From the NCBI GenBank assembly GCA_963783305.1, contig CAWAMW010000017.1, forward strand, positions 384,001 through 448,000: a DNA stretch of 64,000 nt, given 5' to 3'. Under the pieces are notes generated by a model. It was given only the letters and a program-made list of their open reading frames with translations, ran no database searches and was not told where the DNA came from. The translations under genes were made by a program, and so were the position numbers. This document shows positions 1 to 9,384 of the stretch, piece after piece (position 1 is the first letter of the stretch; the number at the start of each line of letters is the position of its first letter). This DNA is from an uncultured Gemmatimonadales bacterium (GTDB lineage: Bacteria; Gemmatimonadota; Gemmatimonadetes; Longimicrobiales; RSA9).

Positions 1-2
1 CG

Positions 3-1706
3 TCCGCGCTCGATCAGGCGGACCGGCAGCGCCGGCGATACATCGACCTGTTCGAGAACGCGCCGCTCCCGTACGTCACGACCGATGATACCGGCGTCAT
101 CCGTGAAGTGAACGGCGCGGCGGCCGCGCTGATCGGGATCGGTGCCGCGCGGCTGGTGGGCAAGCCGCTCCCGGTCTACCTGATGGGGGAGGGCGAGCTG
201 CGGAGCCGGATCAACCGACTGGCCTCGGGGGGAGTGGTGCGGCCGTGGGAGAGCGAGGTCCGTCGGCGCGAGGGTGATCCGATCCCCGTGGACATCTCCG
301 CGTCCATGGTGCCGGGCGTGGCGGGCGTGGCGGGGGAAGCGGTGGAGCTCCGGTGGGTTCTCCAGGATGCGCGCCCGCGGCGGGAGGCGCGCGAGCGGGA
401 GCAGGAGCTCCACCGGGAGCAGGCGGCGCGGTTCGCGCTGGCGCAGGTGGCGGCGCGGTCGCGCTACCTCAGCGACGCGAGCGCGCGGCTCATGGGCGTG
501 CTGGAGCCCGACGAGGTCTGGCGGCTGGCCGCGCGGATCGCGGGGGAGCACACGCGGGCGGCCATGATCGTGGAGCCGCGGGGTTCGGAATCCGGGTGCG
601 TGCGGGGCATTGGCGGATCGGGTGAGGCGCTGCGTGACCTGGAGCCGCTCCAGGACCGGGTGCTCGAGTGGGGCGCGGGCATGGTGGAGGGCGTGCCGCT
701 GGGGCCGATCCAGCGCGCGCTGGAGGGGGGCGACGCGGAGGTGGTCCCCGCCCCGGACGACCCGCCGGACGACGCGGGTGCGTGCCTGGTCGCGCCCGTG
801 CGCTCGCCCGAGCGGGTGCTGGGAGCGCTGGTGGTATGGCTGACGCCGGGCGCGCGGATCGGTGAGGAGCTGCTGGTCGCACAGCAGCTTGCGGACCGGA
901 TCGGGCTGATCCTGGAAGCGGCCTTCATGTTCCAGGAGGTGGTCCGGTCGCGCGGCGCGGCGGAGTCGGCGGCGCGGGCTGAAGCGGACTTTCTCTCCAT
1001 CGTCTCGCACGAGCTGCGGACCCCGCTCACGGCCATCGTCAGCTACGCCGAGCTGCTGGAGGACCGCGCGTCGGAGCTGCCGGAGAAGCTGGCGCGGTAC
1101 GCGCACCAGATTGCCGCGGCGGCCGATCACCAGAGGCAGCTTGTCGAGCAGATTCTGGCCTATAAGCGGGTCGAGCGGGAGGGCGACAGCCTGGTAGCGG
1201 AAGAACTGGATTTCCGGAAGGCTGGGCGTTCGGCCGTGGCCATGGTCCGGCCGCAGATTGGAGACCGCCCGGTGCAACTCGACCACACCCTCCCCACGGT
1301 AGTCGTGCAGGGGATCTCCGACCGCGGCAAGCTCCAGCAAGTCCTGACGAATCTGCTCTCCAACGCCATTCGTCACACGAAGAAAGGCCACGTTCGGCTC
1401 ACCCTGGAGACGGAGCATCAGTGGGTGGTGTTCCGGGTAACGGACACGGGCGAGGGCATCAGCGAGGAGGATCTGCCCAGGATCTTCGATCGGTTCTGGC
1501 GCGGGCAGGGAAGCGACGGCATGCGGGGTGGGAGCGGGCTCGGCCTGACCATCACCCGCGAACTGGTGGAACGGCTGCACGGCGAGATCGAGGCGAAGAG
1601 CGAGCGGGGCGTCGGCACGACGTTCACCGTGCGCGTGCCGCGTGTGCTCCCGAACCGGGGCACCGGGCGCAGCCACCCTGTCGTAGGAGAATCCGAGGGT
1701 CCCTGA
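3..1706 (+). CDS. PAS/GAF sensor histidine kinase (5' end truncated by the window edge)
   Basis: The frame is open from position 3 (RYIDLFENAPLPYVTTD, PAS-like). H-box SHELRTPL, N-box NLLSNAIRHT, G-boxes DTGEGI and GSGLGL. Confidence 0.92.
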   Translation, partial: SALDQADRQRRRYIDLFENAPLPYVTTDDTGVIREVNGAAAALIGIGAARLVGKPLPVYLMGEGELRSRINRLASGGVVRPWESEVRRREGDPIPVDISASMVPGVAGVAGEAVELRWVLQDARPRREAREREQELHREQAARFALAQVAARSRYLSDASARLMGVLEPDEVWRLAARIAGEHTRAAMIVEPRGSESGCVRGIGGSGEALRDLEPLQDRVLEWGAGMVEGVPLGPIQRALEGGDAEVVPAPDDPPDDAGACLVAPVRSPERVLGALVVWLTPGARIGEELLVAQQLADRIGLILEAAFMFQEVVRSRGAAESAARAEADFLSIVSHELRTPLTAIVSYAELLEDRASELPEKLARYAHQIAAAADHQRQLVEQILAYKRVEREGDSLVAEELDFRKAGRSAVAMVRPQIGDRPVQLDHTLPTVVVQGISDRGKLQQVLTNLLSNAIRHTKKGHVRLTLETEHQWVVFRVTDTGEGISEEDLPRIFDRFWRGQGSDGMRGGSGLGLTITRELVERLHGEIEAKSERGVGTTFTVRVPRVLPNRGTGRSHPVVGESEGP

Positions 1707-1731
1707 CAGGAGGCGGGGCCCCGGCTCCGAC

Positions 1732-1747
1732 TCGCACGGAAGTTGCA
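1732..1747 (+). promoter_or_regulatory. Degenerate sigma54-like -24/-12 element
   Basis: TCGCAC-GGAAG-TTGCA has the correct spacing but CG instead of the conserved GG. It lies upstream of ORF 1783. Confidence 0.3.
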
Positions 1748-1782
1748 CCGCCTTACGGACTCGTCCAATCCCCGGGGAATAC

Positions 1783-2316
1783 GTGAACGCGAACCGATCA
1801 ACCGTCCGTAGTCAGGCTCTGGAAGAGCGCCTCGGCCGGACGTGCGACCGCTCACGTCAGATCCTCGCCGAGACTGCGGGGATCCGGGCGCGATCGAGGG
1901 CACTCCGGGCCGAGTCGGCCCGTGCGCGGACACGATCGTCGGCGCGACGACTGGAAACGCATGGGCGTATGGCGGCCGCACGGCGGCTGTACCACCGGCT
2001 GCTCGAGCTCCGACGATCTGCGCTGGAGACGCGGGCGAAGCTCAGGGAGCCGCTGTGGCGACTGGTTCCCCCGCTGCCCCGACTGAAGGTCGTGCGCCCC
2101 CGCACAGACGTCGTGGCCATGAGCACCGCGCGCTCGAACGCCGGCGTGGCGCTTCGAGAATGGCTGGCTACGAATACGAGCGCGCCCGGCGCGCCATCTG
2201 TAGATCTCGCCGTTGTCCGGCCGATGCCCCGATCGGCCGCCCCTCCTCCACCGGCCGACCTCCGGCCCCATGCAATCCAGACAGAAGCCGTATCCCCGGG
2301 AAGGGTAGCCGCGTGA
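1783..2316 (+). CDS. Hypothetical Arg-rich protein
   Basis: Fills the gap between the kinase and the receiver gene. Its stop overlaps the next GTG start (GTGA). No recognisable motif. Confidence 0.4.
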   Translation: MNANRSTVRSQALEERLGRTCDRSRQILAETAGIRARSRALRAESARARTRSSARRLETHGRMAAARRLYHRLLELRRSALETRAKLREPLWRLVPPLPRLKVVRPRTDVVAMSTARSNAGVALREWLATNTSAPGAPSVDLAVVRPMPRSAAPPPPADLRPHAIQTEAVSPGRVAA

Positions 2317-2675
2317 GCGCCCCGATCCTCGTCGTCGTGGCGGAAGACCACCCGGACCTGCGGGAGGTCCTGGGACTGATCCTTCGACACCACGGGTTCG
2401 ACGTGGCCCTGGCGGGGGATGGGGAGGAGGCTGTGGCGCTGGTCTCAGCGCGCACCCCGGACCTGGTGCTCATGGACCTCATGATGCCCCGCATGAATGG
2501 CTACCAGGCGATCGCCGCCATGAATGGCGCCGGCCCCCTCCCCTTCCCGGTCGTGGCGGTGACCGCGAGCCCGGCGAGCCGCCAGGAGGTCACCAGTCAC
2601 GGCTTCGTCGAGCTGCTCCGCAAGCCGGTGAAGGCCGAGGATGTCGTGGCGCTGGTGCGACGACTCACCGCCTGA
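2313..2675 (+). CDS. Single-domain response regulator (CheY-like receiver)
   Basis: VVAEDH, phospho-acceptor DLVLMDLMMP, VTA, KPV. GTG start at 2313. Confidence 0.9.
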   Translation: MSAPILVVVAEDHPDLREVLGLILRHHGFDVALAGDGEEAVALVSARTPDLVLMDLMMPRMNGYQAIAAMNGAGPLPFPVVAVTASPASRQEVTSHGFVELLRKPVKAEDVVALVRRLTA

Positions 2676-3031
2676 GGTGCGGCTGCGTCGACCTGCCCGG
2701 CGCTACCCACACCGCCGCTGACGTACGGGGGGATGGGCGCTTCCCCTACCACACCCCCGGCCGCCCCTGTGGGGGGTTCCACTACACGGAGCTACCGGTG
2801 AACTGCCGACCGGATTTTAGGCCATTCCCCCACTGACCGCGCAACCCCCGAAGCGTACCGTACTTGAGGACCCGATCCAGCCCGCGGACACCCCCGTTCT
2901 CGAGCTGGCCTTTTCCCGGGTCGCATCAAGTTGAAGTCATAGATCGACATCAGAGTCTCGTGCGGCTCACCCCCCTCCAGGGGCGCAGTCCGGCCTCACA
3001 TCCCGACCCACACTCCGCGAGGAGAAACAAC

Positions 3032-4171
3032 ATGAATCGGATCCAGCGTGTGCTGATGGCGGCCACGTTCTTGTTCCTGTCCGTCAGTTTCGTTACCACG
3101 GCGTCCGCGCAGGTCGTCTTCTCGGGCGATGCCCGGTTCCGCCCGCGCCTCGACCTGGACGAGCGGCCAGAGAGCAACTACGACCGCACTGATTTCTACT
3201 TCATGTACCGGATGCGGCTGAACATGACGGCGGCGATCGGAGAAGGGTATTACGTGAAGAGCCGTCTGTCCCACAACGGCATCGGGTTCTACCAGAAGGG
3301 CGGCCAGGGCGAGGTTCCCGACATTTTCGGGAACCCGAACAACTCGGTCTCCGATGAATCCGCGCGCCGTCCCAGCCTGGACATGATGTACATGTACATC
3401 GGCCGGGCCACGGATGACTTCGGCTTCGACCTCGGGCTCATCCCGGTCCCCGGCTTCAGTGAGCCGCTGTGGGACCTGCACTACTATCCGAACCTGATGG
3501 TGGACGTCCCCTACTTCATCTGGAACAACGATGGCGGGTTCGGCGGTCGTACGTACTACGACGTGGGGCCGGGCCGGCTCACGGTGCATGCACTGCTCGA
3601 TCACGACCGCGTGGACCAGCAGGAGACGACCGACGGTGTAACGACGGTGGACTCTGGCGACCAGTACACGCTTACGGCGGCCTACTCCATCCCCATGGCG
3701 GGTCTGACGGTCCAGCCCATGATCCTGAAGACGTTCCCGTCCGATGAGCGGACGTTCGCGGAGGGTGTGGAGGACCTGACGGAGTACAGTGCGCCGCTGA
3801 CGGTGGGCGCCAACGTGGTGCTCCCGAAGGTGGCGGGTTTCACGCCATCGGGGACGGTGGGCTACACCATGAATGACCGCCTGGTGGACTACACCGGCTG
3901 GCTCGCCCGCGCCAAGGTGGCTGGCCCGCTGGGTCCCGGTTCCCTGCTCTGGTGGGTGGACGTGGCCAGCCGGACGGACGAGCTGGTCGGCGGCGACCGC
4001 ACGGACGACTTCCTGTACTCATGGCTCGCGTACACCATACCAATCTACACGGGCGAGCGTGGCAGCTTCGCGATGACCCCGGAATGGCGGTTCTTCAACA
4101 AGGACCGGGACGACGACCTGGCCCGCCGCCGCTCCAAGTTCGAGATCAACTTCGACGTCTCGTTCAAGTAA
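3032..4171 (+). CDS. Outer-membrane beta-barrel/porin (alginate-export-like)
   Basis: RBS AGGAGA, signal peptide ending ASA-Q, amphipathic beta strands, C-terminal INFDVSFK. Confidence 0.7.
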   Translation: MNRIQRVLMAATFLFLSVSFVTTASAQVVFSGDARFRPRLDLDERPESNYDRTDFYFMYRMRLNMTAAIGEGYYVKSRLSHNGIGFYQKGGQGEVPDIFGNPNNSVSDESARRPSLDMMYMYIGRATDDFGFDLGLIPVPGFSEPLWDLHYYPNLMVDVPYFIWNNDGGFGGRTYYDVGPGRLTVHALLDHDRVDQQETTDGVTTVDSGDQYTLTAAYSIPMAGLTVQPMILKTFPSDERTFAEGVEDLTEYSAPLTVGANVVLPKVAGFTPSGTVGYTMNDRLVDYTGWLARAKVAGPLGPGSLLWWVDVASRTDELVGGDRTDDFLYSWLAYTIPIYTGERGSFAMTPEWRFFNKDRDDDLARRRSKFEINFDVSFK

Positions 4172-4194
4172 TCCCCACGTATCAGGAGAAGACC

Positions 4195-5223
4195 ATGCGA
4201 AAGCGTACGAACAGGCTGGGAATCGGGCTGGCGCTGGTGGCGCTGCTCGGAGTGACGGCGTGCGGCGACTCGGCTGGTGCAGAGGAGGGCGGTGACGCCG
4301 CGCCGCGGGCGCGGTACACGTTTGCGGGCGGGCCGTCGGGCGGCACCTTCCAGTATTACGCGAGCGGCATGTCCACGCTGGCGGGCCGTTCGGACCTGGT
4401 GAAGGCGCGCCTGCTGGCGCGGGCCACGGGCGGGTCGGTGGAGAACCTGCGGCTGGTAAACTCGGGAGAGGCGGACTTCGGCGTCGTATACTCGGGGAAC
4501 GTCTGGCAGGGTCGGCACGGCCGTCTCGAAGCCGACGACAAGAAGTACGAGGACGTGATGGCGGTGGCCTTCCTGTACGGCGCGCCCGCACAGCTGGTGG
4601 TGCGTCAGAACTCGGGCATCAACTCGGCCACGGATCTGCGCGGCAAGCGGGTCGCGGTGGGCAACGCCGGGAGCGGCGCGGCCTACAACGCCGAGCTGTT
4701 TTTCAAGCAGATCGGGATCTGGGACGACATCAAAAAGGAGTACCTCGGGTACCGGAACGCCGCGCAGGCGCTCCAGAACAACCAGCTGGACGCGTTCTGG
4801 GTTTTCGCGGGCTTCCCCAGCGCGGCGGTGATGGAGGTCGCGCTGCAGGAGGACATCAAGCTGCTGGACACCTACGCCGCGGGTGAGGAGGCGGGGCTGT
4901 TCGAGGACTACCCGTACTTCAGCCGGATCGTGATCCCCGCGGGCACCTACGAGGGTCAGACGGAGGACGTGCAGACGTTCCAGGATGCGACGGTCTGGGT
5001 GGCCAACGCGGATGTGCCGGAGCAGACGGTGCACAACCTCCTGACCGAGGTCTTCAGTGATGCGGGCCTGTCGTACATGGTGAGCACGCACATCTCGGCG
5101 GAAGAGATGAGCGTTCCGGGCGGGACCAAGGGCATCGTCACGCCCTTCCATCCGGGTGCGATCCGCTTCTGGAACGAGCACAACGTGGAGATGCAGCCGG
5201 AGCGGCTTCCGGCGGCGAACTAG
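4195..5223 (+). CDS. TAXI-family TRAP transporter solute-binding lipoprotein
   Basis: RBS AGGAGA, lipobox VTAC, motifs GGPSGGTF, TGGSVENL, VGNAGSG, PFHPGA. Confidence 0.93.
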   Translation: MRKRTNRLGIGLALVALLGVTACGDSAGAEEGGDAAPRARYTFAGGPSGGTFQYYASGMSTLAGRSDLVKARLLARATGGSVENLRLVNSGEADFGVVYSGNVWQGRHGRLEADDKKYEDVMAVAFLYGAPAQLVVRQNSGINSATDLRGKRVAVGNAGSGAAYNAELFFKQIGIWDDIKKEYLGYRNAAQALQNNQLDAFWVFAGFPSAAVMEVALQEDIKLLDTYAAGEEAGLFEDYPYFSRIVIPAGTYEGQTEDVQTFQDATVWVANADVPEQTVHNLLTEVFSDAGLSYMVSTHISAEEMSVPGGTKGIVTPFHPGAIRFWNEHNVEMQPERLPAAN

Positions 5224-5236
5224 CAGGCTGCCGAAC

Positions 5237-5294
5237 GGTCCCGGGGGGCGGGGCGGGGGTCGATCCCTGCGGTCGCTCCGCTCCCTCCGGGACC
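5237..5294 (+). terminator. Intercistronic stem-loop (terminator or mRNA-stabilising hairpin)
   Basis: GGTCCCGG (5237-5244) pairs with CCGGGACC (5287-5294) and extends inward with G-U pairs. No U-tract. Confidence 0.5.
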
Positions 5295-5419
5295 CGCTGG
5301 CGCGCGGGTCGACCGGCGAAAACGTTCGATAGGGAGCGCGGCGACATTCGCGCTCCTGCCAGCGATGGGCCAGTACCCAGGATAGCGTGTAGTCGAGCAC
5401 CCGTACCTTCGGAGCCCCG

Positions 5420-7174
5420 ATGCCCGGTTTTGACGAGCTTCACCCGGTGGAGCGTCGAATCTTCGACGCCCTCGCCCTGCTTCTGCTGCTGTTCTATTCG
5501 TACTCGGCGTTGGTCCAGCCGGTGTCGACCGAGATGCACCGGGGCATGTACGTACTGATCACCTACCTGCTGATCCTGCTGGTCTACCAGTCGGGAACCG
5601 GGTGGAAGCGGGTGATCGACTACATCCTCATGGCGATCGCCATCGTCACCGTGGGCTACTGGATCCGGAACTTCGGCCCGCTGAACTACCGGGCGGGGGC
5701 GGAAACCCGGACGGACCAGATGATCGCGGTGGTGGGAACGCTGCTGGGGATCGAGATCGCCCGGCGCGTGATCGGCTGGGTCTTCGTGGGACTGGGCGGC
5801 GCGCTGCTGCTGTACGGCATATACGGCTACGCCGCCCCGGACCTGATCGCGCACCCCGGCACGTCGCTCATGAACCTGAGCACGATCATCTTCTTCAAAG
5901 CGGATGGCGTGTTCGGGATCATGGCGGACGTGCTGGCCACGTACGTGCTCCTCTTCGTGCTGTTCGGGTCGTTCCTGGCCGCGTCCGGTGCGGAGCGCTT
6001 CTTCATCGACTGGCCGCTGGCCGCGGTGGGTCACAAGACGGGCGGCCCCGGCAAGGTGGCGGTGATCGCCAGCGGGCTCTTCGGCTCGATCTCCGGCAGC
6101 GCCATCGCCAACACCGTATCGACCGGCACGTTCACGATCCCGCTGATGAAGAAGGCGGGGTTCAAGCCGCACATTGCCGGCGCAATCGAGCCGGCGGCGT
6201 CGGTGGGCGGGATGTTCATGCCTCCCGTGATGGGTGCCGGTGGCTTCATCATGGCGGAGCTCACGGGGATCCCGTACTCCCATATCATGCTCGTCGCGCT
6301 GTTCCCGGCGGTCATGTACTTCTTCAGCGTGTACGTGATGGTCCACTTCCGGGCGAAGAAGTACGGTGTCATTGGCGAGCGCTCGGCGGTCCGGGCACGG
6401 GAGGTGTTCCGGGCCAACTGGTACTACAGCATGCCGATCGTGCTGATCACGGCGGTCATGCTGAAGGGGTACTCGCCCGGGTTCTCGGCGGTGGTGGGGA
6501 TCCTGACGTGCATCGTCATCAGCTGGTTCAAGCGGGAGACGCGGATGGGGCCGAGGGAGGTCCTGGAGGGGGCGCGCGCGGGCGCGGCGGCGAGTCTCAA
6601 GATCGGCGCGACCGTGGGTATCATCGGCGTGATCATCGCGGTACTCACGTTCAGCGGTCTGACGCTCAGCTTCGCCGACATCGTGATCGAGCTGGCGGGC
6701 GGGAGCCTGCTACTCACGATCATACTGATCGCGCTGGCCTCGCTGATCCTGGGCATGGGCGTGCCTGTGACGGCGGCGTACCTGATCACCGCGGTGGTGG
6801 CGGTGCCGGCGCTCACGGCGCTGGGCCTGTCGCCGATCGCGGCGCACATGATCGTGTACTGGCTGTCGCAGGACTCGAACATCACGCCGCCGGTCTGCAT
6901 CGCGGCGTTCGCGGGCGCGGCCATCGCCAAAGCCGACATGTGGAAGACGGCGTTCCACTCCTTCCACTTCGCCAAGTTCCTCTACGCGGGACCGCTGCTG
7001 TTCGCGTACGTGCCGGCGTTCACGCTCGAGGGCCAGGTGTGGGAGATCGTGGCGTGGTTCGCAACCATCGTGCTGGGGACGTGGGCGTTCTCCTACGTCC
7101 TCTCGTTCTACTGGACGGCGGCGTTCGGTCGGATGGTCAGGCGGCTGCGCGGGATCGAGGAGGCGGCGGTGTAG
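5420..7174 (+). CDS. TRAP transporter fused permease (4TM/12TM, TAXI-associated)
   Basis: Highly hydrophobic. Motifs GGPGKVAV, GSAIAN, GTFTIP, MPPVMGA, LGMGVP, ITPPV. Confidence 0.93.
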   Translation: MPGFDELHPVERRIFDALALLLLLFYSYSALVQPVSTEMHRGMYVLITYLLILLVYQSGTGWKRVIDYILMAIAIVTVGYWIRNFGPLNYRAGAETRTDQMIAVVGTLLGIEIARRVIGWVFVGLGGALLLYGIYGYAAPDLIAHPGTSLMNLSTIIFFKADGVFGIMADVLATYVLLFVLFGSFLAASGAERFFIDWPLAAVGHKTGGPGKVAVIASGLFGSISGSAIANTVSTGTFTIPLMKKAGFKPHIAGAIEPAASVGGMFMPPVMGAGGFIMAELTGIPYSHIMLVALFPAVMYFFSVYVMVHFRAKKYGVIGERSAVRAREVFRANWYYSMPIVLITAVMLKGYSPGFSAVVGILTCIVISWFKRETRMGPREVLEGARAGAAASLKIGATVGIIGVIIAVLTFSGLTLSFADIVIELAGGSLLLTIILIALASLILGMGVPVTAAYLITAVVAVPALTALGLSPIAAHMIVYWLSQDSNITPPVCIAAFAGAAIAKADMWKTAFHSFHFAKFLYAGPLLFAYVPAFTLEGQVWEIVAWFATIVLGTWAFSYVLSFYWTAAFGRMVRRLRGIEEAAV

Positions 7175-7191
7175 GGGGCGGCTGCGCCGCC

Positions 7192-7254
7192 GTTCACAGT
7201 TCACAGTTCACAGTTCACAGTTCACAGTTCACAGTTCACAGTTCACGGGTCACG
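7192..7254. repeat. Heptanucleotide tandem repeat (GTTCACA)x7 plus 2 degenerate units
   Basis: Seven perfect GTTCACA copies at 7192-7240, then GTTCACG and GGTCACG. Confidence 0.97.
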
Positions 7255-7268
7255 GGCATGGATGTGGG

Positions 7269-7301
7269 ACGGGGCTGACGCGGTGGTCGCGTCAGCCCCG
7301 T
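7269..7301. terminator. Hairpin between convergent genes (probable bidirectional terminator)
   Basis: Perfect 14-bp stem ACGGGGCTGACGCG / CGCGTCAGCCCCGT with a 5-nt loop. Confidence 0.75.
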
Positions 7302-7323
7302 TCCGCATGGAGGGCGGGGGTCG

Positions 7324-7983
7324 TCAGTGGTCGGTGTGAGGATTTTCGGCGGTGCCGTGGTCCATCATCATGGGGCAGCCTTCGTGGCTCATCCCGCTCA
7401 TCCCGCTCATTGCATGGCCGTTCCCGCCCATGTCGTGGTCCATGGGTAGGGTCTGCAGCCGGCTCCGCTGGTCGGCGGTGAGGACGGACCGGGCGTCTAC
7501 GCCGGCGCGGGCGATGGCGACATGGGCCTGTACCATGTGGCGGGCGGCGTTGTCGAGCCGGGCCTCGTATTCGGCGAGGTCGGGGGATTCGGCGTCCAGG
7601 ATCTCCCGGGCGCTGGCGCGGGTCTCCATGGCGAGGCGCATGTGGGACATGCCGGCCTCGTGGGCGCTGGCCATCCGGTCCTTCAGCTCAGAGACCTGCT
7701 CCTCGGACAGGCCGAGGTCGTCGGCGTGGTGGAGCGCCATGACGGGGTTGGCCGCGCCCATCATGGCCGCGCAATGGGCCTGACCCATCGGGCCGTGCAT
7801 CTCTTGGCCCATCTGGCCCATCTGGCCGTGCATATCCTGGCCCTGCTGACCGTGCATTTCGTGGCCCTGCATCTGATGCTGCTCCTGCGGGTGCTCCTGC
7901 GGCTGCTCCTGTGCGGACGCGGGCGCGGCGGCGAGCGACGCGACAGCGAGGGCGAGAGCGAGCGGCTTCATCGGGTAGTTCAT
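7324..7983 (-). CDS. Periplasmic Spy/CpxP-like Met/His-rich metal-binding protein
   Basis: RBS GAGGA, signal peptide. LGLSEEQ and VLTADQR resemble LTxxQ motifs. Met/His/Gln-rich N- and C-terminal tails. Confidence 0.75.
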   Translation of the reverse strand: MNYPMKPLALALAVASLAAAPASAQEQPQEHPQEQHQMQGHEMHGQQGQDMHGQMGQMGQEMHGPMGQAHCAAMMGAANPVMALHHADDLGLSEEQVSELKDRMASAHEAGMSHMRLAMETRASAREILDAESPDLAEYEARLDNAARHMVQAHVAIARAGVDARSVLTADQRSRLQTLPMDHDMGGNGHAMSGMSGMSHEGCPMMMDHGTAENPHTDH

Positions 7984-8075
7984 GGTATCCTCGATCGGTT
8001 GCTGGTGAATGCCCCTAGCTCGTCGGGGACGCACGATTGCGCCCGTCCGGGAATCTGGGGTGTGGTATTTCGGGC

Positions 8076-8531
8076 TCAGGTGCTGTAGAGCCGGTCTACG
8101 GCGTCTCGTATCTCGTCCAGCGACTTGCCATCCTGGTGCATCCGGTGGGCCATGGTGGCCTCCGAGAGGCAGATGTCGCAGCGTGCCGCGTGGTCGTCGC
8201 GGAAGCAGTCCAGGAGCGAGTGGTGCCCGGAGTGCTCGGAGCACGCGCAGTAGCAGTAGATCCCGTCGATGACGTGTGGGACCTCGCTGGCCTCCTGGTA
8301 GACGGCGGCCACGCGGGGATACGCCGCGTACCGCTGGGCCGGCGCCACGTGGGAATGGTCGACGTGGGCCCGCGGCACGGGGTGGTGGCTCTTCGCGCCC
8401 AGGTCGAGGGTGGGGATCAGCAACAGGCCAACGGCCAGCGCGGCGCCCCCGATCCAGGTGTACGTGGAGCTCATCCAGCTATCGCGGCGGCCGCCGCGCC
8501 CTCGGCTCCTGTCCTTTCCACCTCTGCCCAC
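8076..8531 (-). CDS. PCYCGC-motif membrane-anchored/periplasmic protein
   Basis: YCYCAC...HHSLLDCF...CDIC motif and an N-terminal hydrophobic helix. GTG start after GGAGG; alternative starts at 8474 and 8543. Confidence 0.8.
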   Translation of the reverse strand: MGRGGKDRSRGRGGRRDSWMSSTYTWIGGAALAVGLLLIPTLDLGAKSHHPVPRAHVDHSHVAPAQRYAAYPRVAAVYQEASEVPHVIDGIYCYCACSEHSGHHSLLDCFRDDHAARCDICLSEATMAHRMHQDGKSLDEIRDAVDRLYST

Positions 8532-8583
8532 GCCCGCCTCCATGTCGATGGTCGTCGGAGCGACGCCCCGCGCCGCGCGACAT

Positions 8584-8627
8584 ACCATAGCGGGAGTGGG
8601 GTGAGGGAGTCGTGAACCGTGGATTAA
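8584..8627 (-). promoter_or_regulatory. 11-bp-phased boxes plus -10 element for the PCYCGC gene
   Basis: Minus strand TTAAT-N6-TTCAC-N6-CTCAC, then 11 nt, then TATGGT. Confidence 0.55.
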
Positions 8628-8700
8628 GGAGCGTTCATGATGGTGCCGTGCGGCCGGGATGCCCTATCTTCGTGCGGAGACCAGCACGGGAGGAAACGAG

Positions 8701-9384
8701 ATGAGGATCCTGGTCGTGGAGGATGACCGGAAAGTGGCGAGCTTCCTGGAGCGGGGGCTCCGGGAGGAGGGGTACGCCGTGGATGTCGCCCACGACGGCG
8801 ATGACGGCAGCCTTAAAGCCAGTGTATACGAATACGACCTGGTGGTGCTGGACGTGATGCTGCCGGGCAAAAGCGGATACGAGATCGCGCGTGACCTGCG
8901 GCGTTCGGAGAACGCGGTGCCGGTACTCCTGCTGACGGCGCGGGACTCCAAGGATGACATCGTGCGGGGGCTGGACGCGGGCGCGGACGACTACCTGACG
9001 AAGCCGTTCAGCTTCGAGGAGCTGCTGGCGCGGGTCAGGGCGCTGCTGCGGCGGGGCGGAGCATCGCGTCAGGAGCGGCTGATCTACGCCGACGTGGAGC
9101 TGGATCGGTTGAAGCATACGGCGCGGCGCGGCGGAGAGGACCTGGACCTGACGCCGAAGGAGTTCCAGCTGCTGGAGTACTTCCTGGTGCGGCCGGAGCA
9201 GGTGGTGCGGCGCACGGAGCTGCTGGAGAAGGTATGGGACCTCCACTTCGATCCCATGAGCAACGTGGTGGACGTCCACGTGGGCAACCTCCGGAAGAAG
9301 ATGCGGGCCCGGGGTGAGCCGCTCATCCACACGGTCCGGGGCGTGGGCTACATCCTGGACAGCGGGTACGAGGCCGAGGACTGA
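8701..9384 (+). CDS. OmpR-family heavy-metal response regulator (CusR/CzcR-like)
   Basis: ILVVEDD, LDVMLP, GADDYLTKPF, wHTH with SNVVDVHV and TVRGVGY. RBS GGAGG. Confidence 0.93.
   Translation: MRILVVEDDRKVASFLERGLREEGYAVDVAHDGDDGSLKASVYEYDLVVLDVMLPGKSGYEIARDLRRSENAVPVLLLTARDSKDDIVRGLDAGADDYLTKPFSFEELLARVRALLRRGGASRQERLIYADVELDRLKHTARRGGEDLDLTPKEFQLLEYFLVRPEQVVRRTELLEKVWDLHFDPMSNVVDVHVGNLRKKMRARGEPLIHTVRGVGYILDSGYEAED

Noticed and set aside
2700..2800. CTAC-containing repeats upstream of the porin gene
   Set aside because: Spacing is irregular and the matches are short, so a site cannot be supported.
7192..7254. Repeat array as CRISPR
   Set aside because: The units are 7 bp with no spacers, and there are no cas genes.
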